Part shown: positions 1 to 9,777 of the stretch, piece by piece | How positions within the stretch are numbered: position 1 is the stretch's first letter | Layout of the letters: each line of letters opens with the position of its first letter | Assembly (NCBI GenBank): GCA_031548405.1 | Contig: JAVBRC010000036.1 | Location: 1-48,845, forward strand | Direction: 5' to 3' | DNA: 48,845 nucleotides | From: Oscillospiraceae bacterium | Lineage (GTDB): Bacteria; Bacillota; Clostridia; Oscillospirales; Ruminococcaceae | The notes under the pieces: model-generated | What the model saw: the letters and a program-made list of their open reading frames with translations, nothing else | Told to the model about the DNA's origin: nothing | Databases searched by the model: none | Program-made: the position numbers and the translations under genes

Positions 1-830
1 CCTAGCTTGTTTACTAGTACTGCAAAAATAAGTCTGCCGATTGTCATGAATGCATAAAAAAGTCCAGTGAAAAATGAACCCTTTGAAAGTGAAAAACCAA
101 GATGCTCAGATGCATAGGTCGGAAGCCAGTTTTGAAGTCCGTGCTCTGGGATATAATAAAACCCACACATAAGAATAAGCCAGATAAACGCTGGGTTTTT
201 AACAATGCTCATATACGTTGTTGGCTTTGTATCTCCGTTATCACTATGAACATCAGGGATTTTAACCGCTAAAATAAGAAAGAATGCAATAATTCCAACT
301 GCAAACATTATAATATTGATAATCTGCCACGAACCAAACCCACTCGCAAACTTAGCCGCAACGTTTTGTCCGCCGCTTATTCCGACACCTTGCGTGAAAT
401 TGAAAATATTCATCATTAGTCCCGGTGACATGAAAAGAATAGGTGTGATTAAATTAACACTCGTGGAAAGTAATGTTGAAGCACCCATTGAAAAAATCAT
501 TCCACAAAGAAGAAGTGTGTAGCTTTTTGTGAAAAAATAAAGTAAAAGTGCAGACATCCATAATACTAATGTACCCAACATTACATATTTCTTTTTAAAA
601 GTATCAAGTAGTTTTCCACCCACAAAAAGAAATATTAAGTTACCAGCATAGCTGACTGAAATTATCATTGAAACCTTTGTACTCGTTAAATTGAATGTTT
701 CTTTAAATATTGGTGCAAAAACACCTCTTAAAGAATCGCTCATTCCAAGAACTACCATCAGAACATTGCAAAGTATCGCAGCAATTATCTGATTTTTTCT
801 AACTGATTTGTCAATAGTCGTTTTCTCCAT
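1..830 (-). CDS. MFS transporter (C-terminus runs off the window)
   Basis: Not in the ORF track. Hand translation from ATG 830: MEKTTIDK...LGMSDSLRGVFAP...GGKLLDTFKKK (motif-A-like)...PEHGLQNWLPTY...TIGRL; many hydrophobic helices; GGGG SD. Confidence 0.85.
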   Translation of the reverse strand, partial: MEKTTIDKSVRKNQIIAAILCNVLMVVLGMSDSLRGVFAPIFKETFNLTSTKVSMIISVSYAGNLIFLFVGGKLLDTFKKKYVMLGTLVLWMSALLLYFFTKSYTLLLCGMIFSMGASTLLSTSVNLITPILFMSPGLMMNIFNFTQGVGISGGQNVAAKFASGFGSWQIINIIMFAVGIIAFFLILAVKIPDVHSDNGDTKPTTYMSIVKNPAFIWLILMCGFYYIPEHGLQNWLPTYASEHLGFSLSKGSFFTGLFYAFMTIGRLIFAVLVNKL

Positions 831-842
831 ATATAACCCCTT

Positions 843-1949
843 TTATAAAAATATAATATTAAAAGCCATTAAAATTACAAAAAATACAAAATTGTAAATC
901 AAAAAGAAGGACATATATTTTACCTTTTCTGAATTTTTGACTGCTGAATAATACCTGAATGAAATAAGACTTGCAAGCGACGCTACAGGCGTTCCCATTC
1001 CGCCTATGTTTACACCTGCCAATAATGGCAAAGCCTTGTCCGTAAACCCTGCAAGCATAATTGCGGCAGGGACGTTACTGATTATCTGACTTAGAAGTGC
1101 GGAAACTAAGGTTTCTCGTCCGTCCATAATCCCTGAAATAAATTTGCTGATGCTTGGTAATGAACTCAAATTTCCTACAAAGATGAAAAAGCAGATAAAG
1201 GTTGCGAGTAGGGAATAGTCGATTTTTTTGAATACCTCTTTTTCTGTAAAAAGAAGAACAACGGAAGCGATAACAAGGCAAAGATTCTTGTCAATTATAT
1301 CGGCAACAGACAGTAGACATACTGCAAATAAAATTATGTAAATGACAGGTTTTATTAAAGCTATTTTCTGTGTTTCAGTTTTTTTATAGGATATTTTTTC
1401 TTTTTTTATCAAGAGTAGTGATATGCAAAGTAAAATGTAACCTAAAACTCCTAATGGAAGAAGTGTTTTTAGAAAATCCATTGCTGAAAGGTTAAAGTGA
1501 GAGTAAAGAAATAAATTTTGGGGATTTCCAATTGGTGTCATCATACTTCCGAGATTTGCCGCTACAGTTTCTATTACAATTGTTTTAATCAAAAATTTTT
1601 TATCATGGATATGTGAGGCAATGCCAATAGTTAGCGGTACAAATGTTATAAGTGCAACATCATTTGTGACAAGCATTGATGAAAAAAAGCAAAGGTTCAT
1701 CATAATAAAAACAATCATCCTTGCAGAAGAAGTGCGGCTAAGAAGAAAATCGGTCACAACATTAAAAACACCGATTTTTCTAAAAGCGGCAACAACGCCC
1801 ATAAGGCAAAAAAGCATTATTATAACCTTTAAGTCAATATAATCCAAGTACTTTTTTGACGGCGCAACAAAAAATATTGAAATAAGTGCTGCCGCCATGG
1901 ATATAAATAAAACGGAATCTGCTAAAAACAGATTTTTTAATCTATTCAT
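843..1949 (-). CDS. ArsB/NhaD/CitM-superfamily anion permease (YbiR-like)
   Basis: TNDVAL, AANLGSMMTPIGNPQNL, SQIISNVPAA and GTPVASLASLI motifs; polytopic membrane protein. Confidence 0.85.
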   Translation of the reverse strand: MNRLKNLFLADSVLFISMAAALISIFFVAPSKKYLDYIDLKVIIMLFCLMGVVAAFRKIGVFNVVTDFLLSRTSSARMIVFIMMNLCFFSSMLVTNDVALITFVPLTIGIASHIHDKKFLIKTIVIETVAANLGSMMTPIGNPQNLFLYSHFNLSAMDFLKTLLPLGVLGYILLCISLLLIKKEKISYKKTETQKIALIKPVIYIILFAVCLLSVADIIDKNLCLVIASVVLLFTEKEVFKKIDYSLLATFICFFIFVGNLSSLPSISKFISGIMDGRETLVSALLSQIISNVPAAIMLAGFTDKALPLLAGVNIGGMGTPVASLASLISFRYYSAVKNSEKVKYMSFFLIYNFVFFVILMAFNIIFL

Positions 1950-1960
1950 AAATTTTTACC

Positions 1961-2788
1961 TCAGGCTGTTTTTTTGAGGTTGGTATATTCTGATTTTAGA
2001 AGATTATAAACTTCAGAACCCTTTTCCTGACCGAATTTTGCTACTAAAGTAACATAAAAGTTTTGCTTTCCGGTGGAATTTTTCAGGATTTCACTTATAG
2101 CTGTAATTTCAGATGATTCATAACCTTTAAGAAGTGAACTGAGTTTTGAGGAAGAGTTACTATGTGCATTTTTAAGTTCTAAAAACTCGGATTTTAAAAC
2201 GGAATAAATTTCCATTCCTTTTTCCTGCTTGAAACGTGTAACAAGTTCTCTGTGGAATTCTTTTTTATCTGTAGTTCCATGAAAAATTGCACTGATATTT
2301 ATTATATCACATGATGAATAGTTAGGGAAAATAGCGCATAGTGAATTATATAGTGAATCTGATTTTTCGTAATTGTTCGATTTTACTATCTTTACAGATG
2401 ACGGTTTTTCCTTTGTAACATAAGTTGAAGCGATTGATGTATGTCTGACAACATCAATACCATCAGCAGAAAGATAAGTATCGTAAAATAAAATATTTGC
2501 ATCAAAACCTTTGTCATTGCTGATTATGTAAATGTTCTGGGATATCCCTTTTCCAAGAAGATACCCTGCAAACATGGTTAATTGAAAGTCAAGTGCATTT
2601 TTTCCACTGGCAACAGAAAAATACTTTATTTCAGAAGCCGATTCAATTAATTTTTTATGCACATCAAATGAAAGATTTCCTGCATTTGTTGTGTAAAAAA
2701 CGTAAACACTATCGTCCTTGCTAAGTTTCTCAACTCCTCTGAAGCCGTCAGCGTTTACATTTTCATAGTCCACAAGATATATAGACAT
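1961..2788 (-). CDS. PIN-like (PIN7/LabA-related) domain protein with a duplicated C-terminal helical module
   Basis: YLVDYENV, GKNALDFQL and IISNDKGFD acidic motifs; two copies of K..F...LV..F.QEKG.E.Y..LKSE. Confidence 0.75.
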   Translation of the reverse strand: MSIYLVDYENVNADGFRGVEKLSKDDSVYVFYTTNAGNLSFDVHKKLIESASEIKYFSVASGKNALDFQLTMFAGYLLGKGISQNIYIISNDKGFDANILFYDTYLSADGIDVVRHTSIASTYVTKEKPSSVKIVKSNNYEKSDSLYNSLCAIFPNYSSCDIINISAIFHGTTDKKEFHRELVTRFKQEKGMEIYSVLKSEFLELKNAHSNSSSKLSSLLKGYESSEITAISEILKNSTGKQNFYVTLVAKFGQEKGSEVYNLLKSEYTNLKKTA

Positions 2789-2800
2789 TTTATTTCTCCT

Positions 2801-3493
2801 TTAAACTGTCTTATTCATTTTTTTATTCGTTATATAATTATTCAATAGAATTCCAATAATACCTACAACACCCGTTGCAAGGAAAATTACAACAGAAACA
2901 ATCAGATGTCCTTTTCCAAGAGATGCTCCCATAAATGCTGAGGAGGTTACTGAGGGTATTCTTGCAAGCGTTGCAATAAAATAAAATCTGTAGCGGTTTA
3001 TTTCTGTGAGCGATGTCATATATGAAATAACATCTTTTGGTGTTCCGGGAATCATAAGTATTACAAAAACAATAATTTCAAGCTTTTTTTCATCATGAAG
3101 AAATTTGAATTTCTTAAACTTTTCATCAGAAACAAACGCATCAACAAGCGGCTTTCCGAATTTTTTAACAAGATTATATATGATTACAGTTGCAATAAAA
3201 ATTCCGATTTCACAAAGCACAAGCCCCCGGAATGCGCCAAATAGTACTCCACCAATTATTTCTACCGGCCCTCCTGGTATAAAAGCGAGAACAATGTGCG
3301 TTACTTCCATTAAAACATAAAGAATCGGGGCAAATATTCCAAAGCCTTTAACTTTTTGTTGAATGGCTAATCGCCCTTCTTCCGTTGCAAGCAGTTTTAT
3401 AAAGGGAACAAGTACAAATATAGTCAGTGCTAAACATAATAAAATTACAAACACAAGGATAAGTATTTTAAATATTTTTTTTCTTTTTGTCAT
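2801..3493 (-). CDS. TVP38/TMEM64 (DedA-like) membrane protein
   Basis: IPGGPVEIIGGVLFG, IPGTPKDV and ARIPS motifs; start moved to ATG 3493 (GGAGG SD). Confidence 0.85.
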   Translation of the reverse strand: MTKRKKIFKILILVFVILLCLALTIFVLVPFIKLLATEEGRLAIQQKVKGFGIFAPILYVLMEVTHIVLAFIPGGPVEIIGGVLFGAFRGLVLCEIGIFIATVIIYNLVKKFGKPLVDAFVSDEKFKKFKFLHDEKKLEIIVFVILMIPGTPKDVISYMTSLTEINRYRFYFIATLARIPSVTSSAFMGASLGKGHLIVSVVIFLATGVVGIIGILLNNYITNKKMNKTV

Positions 3494-3806
3494 TTTAATT
3501 GTTTCCTCCAAATATTTTAGCAATCTTTATTCAGCAAAACATTATTTTGTAAATCCTAACAATAATTATAGCATTATTTTGAAAATTTGCAAGATGATTT
3601 TTACCTAAACACTTGTAAGTTTAAAAAAATAGTGATATAATATGTATTATCTAAGCAAAAATCTTACTTTGCAATATGTTGGGTATATTGTGTGGTTTTA
3701 TTTAGTATATAAAATTTAAATTAAACTTTATATTAAACTGTCTTAGTTGATTTTTAAAGCTTTATTATACAAGTCTACAATAGCATTGACTTTAAGGGGG
3801 AAATTA

Positions 3807-4559
3807 ATGAAAAGCAGCAAAGCTAATTCAAATATATGGCTTAAACGTGGTGCATCCGTTTTAGGATTGCTCTATACGATTTTTTTATGTGTATTATCAT
3901 ATCGCTCGGTATTTTATGAAATTATTATTAATCAACGGCTTGTTTTCTGTTTGTTCTTATCAGTTATTTCTATTGTGGCAGGAACAGTCATGATTTATTC
4001 ACGACAACAATTTTTAACAAAGCTTTCTGGATTTGTTATGTTTCCTATGCTTTTACCGGTTGTTCTTCTCTGCTTTGGCTCTTGGGAAATGATAATTCCA
4101 CTTGCAACGTGTGCAGTTGTGATTTTCTTCGCAAATGGTGCGAACGAGGGAACTAAAACTTTACTTGGGACAATTTACCTTCTTGTATATATTTTAGCAG
4201 CACTTGCTTATTTTATTTTTACAAGTTTCCTTGCTTCTCCGGCAGTTAAGGAAACAATTGGAGAGGGTGTTTCACCTTCTGGAAAATATCGTTATGAAAT
4301 TGTAAATACAACAGATAGTTCAAACGGAAGTACATCAGTTATACTTTCACCGAATTTTATGGATAAAAAAGGAAAAATGGTGACGTTTGAAATCAGAGGC
4401 TATGACCACAAGGTATGTGTTAAAAGACCACTGAAAGAAATTAAGCTTGAATGGAAAGAGGACGATCTTTATATTGATGATGAAAGATGGTTCACTCCGG
4501 AGCAGGCTGAAAAGGGAAAATGGTACGAAAAGGGTTCATTATCTTTTGACTTTATGTAA
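3807..4559 (+). CDS. Hypothetical membrane protein (several TM helices plus a soluble C-terminal region with SPSGKY motif)
   Basis: ORF with AAGGGGG SD before ATG 3807. Confidence 0.6.
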   Translation: MKSSKANSNIWLKRGASVLGLLYTIFLCVLSYRSVFYEIIINQRLVFCLFLSVISIVAGTVMIYSRQQFLTKLSGFVMFPMLLPVVLLCFGSWEMIIPLATCAVVIFFANGANEGTKTLLGTIYLLVYILAALAYFIFTSFLASPAVKETIGEGVSPSGKYRYEIVNTTDSSNGSTSVILSPNFMDKKGKMVTFEIRGYDHKVCVKRPLKEIKLEWKEDDLYIDDERWFTPEQAEKGKWYEKGSLSFDFM

Positions 4560-4691
4560 AGCCATAAATTCATTGCCACATGTAAATCTTAAGGGCGTGT
4601 ATATAATAACTTTTATTAATATATATTTTGTTGAAGTTTCAAAAATCACTTTGCAAAAATGGAAAGTATCTCTAACATAACATGAATTTTC

Positions 4692-4846
4692 GTTCTTTCT
4701 TTTTTCTATCGTAAAAAATAAAGAACCAAAGAAAAAATTCTCTTGAACGATAGGGTATTTCGCTCGAGCGAGCAAGGCTCTGCCTTTGGAAACCGCGATT
4801 TTTTGAAAAAAATCGAGTGAAACTTTTGAATCGCCATTCGGCGGGG
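4692..4846 (-). repeat. Modular REP-like repeat, copy 1 (variant)
   Basis: Reverse complement contains cgccgaatggcg, gcggtttccaaaggcagagcctt and ctttggttcttt...tacgatagaaaaaagaaagaac, modules also found at 13.8 and 18.5 kb. Confidence 0.85.
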
Positions 4847-4974
4847 AAACTTTGTTGAAACAAATAGCAGATTTACAGATATACCCAGTAAATTAAAAAC
4901 TAAGATGCTGTTTAACAGTGACTTATTATAAATTACAAATATTATATTTTATATTTTTTAGGAGGATCATAAAA

Positions 4975-6300
4975 ATGAGCGAATTTTTTAAAGGGATAGA
5001 AAAGGTTAAGTATGAGGGTAAGGATTCTAAGAATCCACTAGCTTTTAAGCACTACAACCCAGATGAGGTTGTAGGCGGAAAGACAATGAGAGAACAGCTT
5101 AAATTTGCACTTTCATGGTGGCACACAATGGGTGGCGACGGAACAGATATGTTCGGCTGCGGAACAACTGACAAGACTTGGGGCGAGGCTGATCAGACTG
5201 CACGTTCAAAGGCTAAGGTTGACGCTGCTTTTGAAATCATGGACAAGCTTTCAATTGACTATTTCTGTTTCCATGACCGTGACCTTTCACCAGAATATGG
5301 CTCACTAGCTGAAACAAACGCAAAGTTTGATGAAGTTGTTGATTACATTGCTGAAAAGATGAAGGAGAACCCAACAAAGAAGTGCCTTTGGGGTACTGCT
5401 AAGTGCTTTGACCATCCAAGATTCATGCATGGTGCTGGAACATCACCATCAGCTGACGTATTCGCTTTCTCAGCAGCACAGATTAAGAAGGCTGTTGAAT
5501 CTACAGTAAAGCTTGGCGGTAACGGTTATGTATTCTGGGGCGGACGTGAAGGCTATGAAACACTTCTTAACACAAATATGGGTCTTGAACAGGACAATAT
5601 GGCTCGTCTTATGAAGATGACTGTTGAATACGCTCGTTCAATCGGCTATAAGGGCGATTTCTACATCGAACCAAAGCCAAAGGAGCCAACAAAGCATCAG
5701 TATGACTTTGACACAGCAACAGTTTTAGGCTTCCTTAGAAAGTACGGACTTGAAAAGGATTTCAAGATGAATATCGAAGCAAACCATGCAACACTTGCAC
5801 AACATACATTCCAGCACGAACTAAGAGTTGCAAGAGAAAATGATGCTTTTGGTTCAATTGATGCAAATCAGGGGGATACACTTCTTGGCTGGGATACTGA
5901 CCAGTTCCCAACAAATATATATGAAACTGCTCTTTGTATGTTTGAAGTTCTAAAGGCAGGCGGATTTACAAACGGTGGTCTTAACTTTGACGCTAAGGCT
6001 AGAAGAGGTTCATTTGAGCTTGAGGATATCTTCCACAGCTATATTGCTGGTATGGACGCATTTGCTCTTGGACTAAAGATTGCTCAGAAGATGATTGATG
6101 ACGGAAGAATTGACAAGTTTGTTGAAAACAGATATTCTAGCTGGACAAATGGCATTGGTGCTGATATTATTTCTGGTAAGGCTGACATGGCTGCTCTTGA
6201 AAAGTATGCACTTGAAAAGGGCGAGGTTGTTGAGTCACTTGGCAGCGGCCGTCAGGAAATGCTTGAAAACATCATGAACGAAATCATGTTCAGTCTTTAA
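4975..6300 (+). CDS. xylA: Xylose isomerase (class II)
   Basis: [27 protein letters not shown] and GWDTDQF motifs; GGAGG SD. Confidence 0.98.
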   Translation: MSEFFKGIEKVKYEGKDSKNPLAFKHYNPDEVVGGKTMREQLKFALSWWHTMGGDGTDMFGCGTTDKTWGEADQTARSKAKVDAAFEIMDKLSIDYFCFHDRDLSPEYGSLAETNAKFDEVVDYIAEKMKENPTKKCLWGTAKCFDHPRFMHGAGTSPSADVFAFSAAQIKKAVESTVKLGGNGYVFWGGREGYETLLNTNMGLEQDNMARLMKMTVEYARSIGYKGDFYIEPKPKEPTKHQYDFDTATVLGFLRKYGLEKDFKMNIEANHATLAQHTFQHELRVARENDAFGSIDANQGDTLLGWDTDQFPTNIYETALCMFEVLKAGGFTNGGLNFDAKARRGSFELEDIFHSYIAGMDAFALGLKIAQKMIDDGRIDKFVENRYSSWTNGIGADIISGKADMAALEKYALEKGEVVESLGSGRQEMLENIMNEIMFSL

Positions 6301-6326
6301 TCTAACGCTGAAATAAGTACTTTTAT

Positions 6327-6395
6327 GGGACGATTTGGATATTTTCTTCTACGATAACAAATTGTAGAAGTCAGCAGACCAGACGTCCCATTTTT
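6327..6395 (+). terminator. Compound hairpin / probable terminator after xylA
   Basis: gggacg...cgtccc outer stem enclosing cttctacga/ttgtagaag, followed by a T-run. Confidence 0.5.
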
Positions 6396-6398
6396 ATA

Positions 6399-7127
6399 AT
6401 GATTATGAATAATTTATGGAATCCATGGCATGGGTGCCACAAAATAAGTGCTGGCTGTCAGAATTGTTATGTTTATCGGACTGATTCTAAATATGATAAG
6501 GACAGTTCTGAAATAAGCCAGAATAAAACCTTTAATCTTCCGCTTAAAAAGAAACGAACTGGTGAATATTATCTTATTCCAGAAAAGGACGGTATAATAT
6601 ATACCTGCTTTACTTCTGATTTTTTTCTTGAAGAAGCTGATGAATGGCGAACGGAATGCTGGGAAATGATTAAACAGCGTCCTGATGCAGAATTTCTTAT
6701 AATAACAAAGCGTATTCACAGGTTTCATGAATGCATTCCTGATGACTGGGGCGATGGTTATGACAATGTTCACATCTGCTGTACTTGTGAAAATCAAGAC
6801 AGGGCTGACTTTAGGCTTCCGATTTTTTTGAATGCACCAATTAAAAAGAAATCCATAATTTGTGAGCCAATTCTTGAGCAAATAAATCTTTTACCGTATC
6901 TTACTGATGAAATAACGCAGGTTGTTGTTGGTGGTGAGTCAGGATACTATGCAAGAATTTGCAAGTATGACTGGGTGATTTCATTGCGGGAGCAGTGTAT
7001 AAAAACTAATACCAACTTTTATTTCAAGCAGACAGGGGCAAGGTTTGTCAAGGAAAATAAGCTTTATAATATTCCAAGAAAGCTTCAGCATTCGCAGGCG
7101 AGAAAAGCGGGGATTAATCTTGATTAA
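6399..7127 (+). CDS. DUF5131 (phage Gp37/Gp68-like, radical-SAM-like) protein
   Basis: WNPWHGCHKISAGCQNCY (Cx6Cx2C), SDFF, TKR, GGESG and FYFKQTG motifs. Confidence 0.9.
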   Translation: MIMNNLWNPWHGCHKISAGCQNCYVYRTDSKYDKDSSEISQNKTFNLPLKKKRTGEYYLIPEKDGIIYTCFTSDFFLEEADEWRTECWEMIKQRPDAEFLIITKRIHRFHECIPDDWGDGYDNVHICCTCENQDRADFRLPIFLNAPIKKKSIICEPILEQINLLPYLTDEITQVVVGGESGYYARICKYDWVISLREQCIKTNTNFYFKQTGARFVKENKLYNIPRKLQHSQARKAGINLD

Positions 7128-7306
7128 AGTGACGTTGCATACATGCGACATTCGTCGGGCATAGTTGACTAGATGGCACGATAGCGAAGCGACATTAGTT
7201 TAGGTCAACCCTTTTTAAAGGGTTGCGGTTTCCAAAGGCAGAGCCTTGGTCGCTCTGCAGAGCGAAAGCAGCGTGACGCTGTATCCAATCGCCGTTCGGC
7301 GGGGGG
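7128..7306 (+). repeat. Modular REP-like repeat, copy 2
   Basis: tttaggtcaaccctttttaaagggttgcggtttccaaaggcagagccttggtcgct..cagagcgaaagcagcgtgacgctg, near-identical to 13801-13883. Confidence 0.9.
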
Positions 7307-7315
7307 AGTTTTAGG

Positions 7316-7696
7316 ATGAAAAGGAATAAAATGAATACTTATGGAGTTAAAATTCTATTTCAAAATATTATAGAAAATGAAAATCGAAGGATTTATGAAG
7401 AAAGTGTCCAACTTTTTCATGCCGAATCGAGTGACGAGGCTTTTGAAAAAGCCGAAAAACTAGCTCGTGAATCAAGATTTGAATATACAAATATTTATGG
7501 TAAAAAAGTAACATACAAACTTTATGATTCAATAGAAGCGTTCATTATTTATGACGATATCAGCTTCAAAGATGGTGCAGAGGTTTTTTCTACAATCTTC
7601 GAAATGAAGAATCCATCTAATGACCCTATAGAATGTCGCTATAACGCTTGTACAATTGAAGAAATGCTTATTCTTCGTAATATCGAATTTAATTAG
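7316..7696 (+). CDS. DUF4288-like small acidic protein
   Basis: YEES...AES.DEA.EKA...Y.N.YG..V and DGAEVFS pattern; alternative start at 7331. Confidence 0.7.
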   Translation: MKRNKMNTYGVKILFQNIIENENRRIYEESVQLFHAESSDEAFEKAEKLARESRFEYTNIYGKKVTYKLYDSIEAFIIYDDISFKDGAEVFSTIFEMKNPSNDPIECRYNACTIEEMLILRNIEFN

Positions 7697-7718
7697 AACT
7701 TTGGAAAGGAAAACTAAC

Positions 7719-8147
7719 ATGAGTGCATGGAGTTACAAAATTTTTGACGATGATATAACACTTGATTGTTTATGTGAACTTGATCAAAGTGAAAATATCA
7801 TTGAAGATATTAAGAATTTTTTATCAGAAGCTATCGAATCTTCAAATGATTACCTTGATTACGATGCTGGTGCTTATGGTCTTGCAGCAGCTTGTGTAAT
7901 TGATGCAAAACTTAACGGACTTGAACTGGAACTTTTATCTGATGGCTGCGCTGAAGAAGAGCTTAATTCAATCCTCAATAAGCTTGAAGGCTGTGATGTA
8001 TCAGAAATACGTGAAATGGCAGTAGCTACTGTGAAGGCAGTTTCTGCTGAAAATTCTGAACTGCGTGAGCTTTGGGAAGAAAATGAAGAGTTTTATCCTT
8101 TGGTTATGGATGTTTATAATAAATTGATTAAAAGACTTGAAAATTGA
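7719..8147 (+). CDS. DUF4259-like acidic protein
   Basis: MSAWSYKIFDDD...ALAAA-like (GLAAA)...SELRELWEE...LIKRL pattern. Confidence 0.75.
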   Translation: MSAWSYKIFDDDITLDCLCELDQSENIIEDIKNFLSEAIESSNDYLDYDAGAYGLAAACVIDAKLNGLELELLSDGCAEEELNSILNKLEGCDVSEIREMAVATVKAVSAENSELRELWEENEEFYPLVMDVYNKLIKRLEN

Positions 8148-8160
8148 AAGGAAAAATAAT

Positions 8161-9684
8161 ATGTCTTATATTATTGGCGTAGATTGTGGAACAAGCGGTA
8201 CAAAAACAGTACTTTTTGATGAGCTTGGAACAGTTATTGCTTCACATACAATTGAATATCCTATGTATCAGCCTAAAAATGGCTATGCAGAACAAGAACC
8301 AGCTGACTGGGCTGACGCTATGGTTAATACTATTAAGGCAGTCATGACAAAAAGCGGAGTTAAAAAAGATGATGTCAAGGGAATTGGTATTTCCGGACAA
8401 ATGCATGGTCTTGTAATGCTTGATGAAAATGATAAGGTTTTGAGAAAATCTATTATATGGTGTGACCAGAGAACAGCTGCTGAGGTTGTTGAAATGAACA
8501 GTAAGCTTGGCGAAAAAAAACTTATCGAAATTACTGCAAATCCAGCACTTACTGGCTGGACTGCTGCAAAAATTCTATGGGTTAAAAATAATGAACCAGA
8601 TATATACGAAAAGTGCCGTCATATTCTTCTTCCTAAGGACTATTTAAGACTTATTTTGACAGGCGAGTACGCAACTGAGGTTTCAGATGCTTCGGGTATG
8701 CAGCTTTTAGATGTTCCTAATCGTTGCTGGAGTAAGGAAGTATGCGACACCTTGGGCATTGATATTTCTATGCTTGGAAAGGTGTATGAGTCATGTGAGG
8801 TTACTGGTAAACTAACTAAGACTATGGCGGATTCACTTGGACTTTGTGAGGGTACTATTGTTGTTGGCGGTGCTGGCGACAATGCGGCGGCGGCTGTTGG
8901 TACTGGCGTCGTTGAGGACGGAAAAGCGTTTACTACAATTGGTACATCAGGCGTTGTTTTTGCTCACACTTCAAATATTTCTATCGATCCAAACGGAAGA
9001 GTTCATACTTGTTGTGCGGCTGTTCCTAATTCATGGCACATTATGGGTGTGACTCAGGGTGCAGGGCTTTCACTAAAATGGTTCAGAGATAATTTCTGCA
9101 ATGCTGAAAAGGAAACAGCAAAGCTTATGGATGTTGACGAGTATTATCTTATGGACAAGGAAGCCGAAAGCGTATCTATCGGTGCAAATCGTCTGCTTTA
9201 CCTGCCTTACCTGATGGGTGAAAGAACTCCTCATCTTGATCCTGATGCAAGAGGAATATTCTTTGGACTTTCAGCAATCCATACGAAAAAGGATATGTTG
9301 AGAGCTGTAATGGAGGGTGTGGCTTATTCACTGCGTGACTGCTTTGAAATATGTCGTGAAATGGGTATTGATATTAATGATATGATGGCTTGCGGCGGCG
9401 GCGGTACTTCTCCGCTATGGCGTCAGATGCTTGCTGACCTTTATAAATGCCCTGTTAAGACTGTTGCATCAAAGGAAGGCCCAGCACTTGGTGTTGGAAT
9501 TCTTGCAGCAGTAGGTTCAGGACTTTATAGCTCTGTTCCAGAAGCTTGTAACGCTATCGTAAAAACTGATAAGACTCAGACACCAATCAATGAAAATATT
9601 CCACAGTACGACGGGTTCTACAAGCTCTATACTGAAATTTATCCGGCACTTAAAGAAAAATTTAAGATTTTAGCAACTCTTTAA
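8161..9684 (+). CDS. xylB: Xylulokinase
   Basis: FGGY kinase motifs GVDCGTSGTK, SGQMHG, GAGDNAA, GERTP; near xylA. Confidence 0.95.
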   Translation: MSYIIGVDCGTSGTKTVLFDELGTVIASHTIEYPMYQPKNGYAEQEPADWADAMVNTIKAVMTKSGVKKDDVKGIGISGQMHGLVMLDENDKVLRKSIIWCDQRTAAEVVEMNSKLGEKKLIEITANPALTGWTAAKILWVKNNEPDIYEKCRHILLPKDYLRLILTGEYATEVSDASGMQLLDVPNRCWSKEVCDTLGIDISMLGKVYESCEVTGKLTKTMADSLGLCEGTIVVGGAGDNAAAAVGTGVVEDGKAFTTIGTSGVVFAHTSNISIDPNGRVHTCCAAVPNSWHIMGVTQGAGLSLKWFRDNFCNAEKETAKLMDVDEYYLMDKEAESVSIGANRLLYLPYLMGERTPHLDPDARGIFFGLSAIHTKKDMLRAVMEGVAYSLRDCFEICREMGIDINDMMACGGGGTSPLWRQMLADLYKCPVKTVASKEGPALGVGILAAVGSGLYSSVPEACNAIVKTDKTQTPINENIPQYDGFYKLYTEIYPALKEKFKILATL

Positions 9685-9777
9685 GTATAAAAAATATCTG
9701 AGGCAAAGCCATACTTTTAAAGTAACTTAATAAAGTGGTGGCATCGTCTTAACGCAACTTTTTAGCGGAGGAACATT

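Noticed and set aside
4447-4863. Short ORFs 4447-4680, 4539-4775 and 4672-4863
   Set aside because: They overlap a real gene end, promoter DNA and the repeat element; no SD or protein-like composition
6399-7127. Prophage, suggested by the Gp37/Gp68-like gene
   Set aside because: Single gene with no other phage functions nearby
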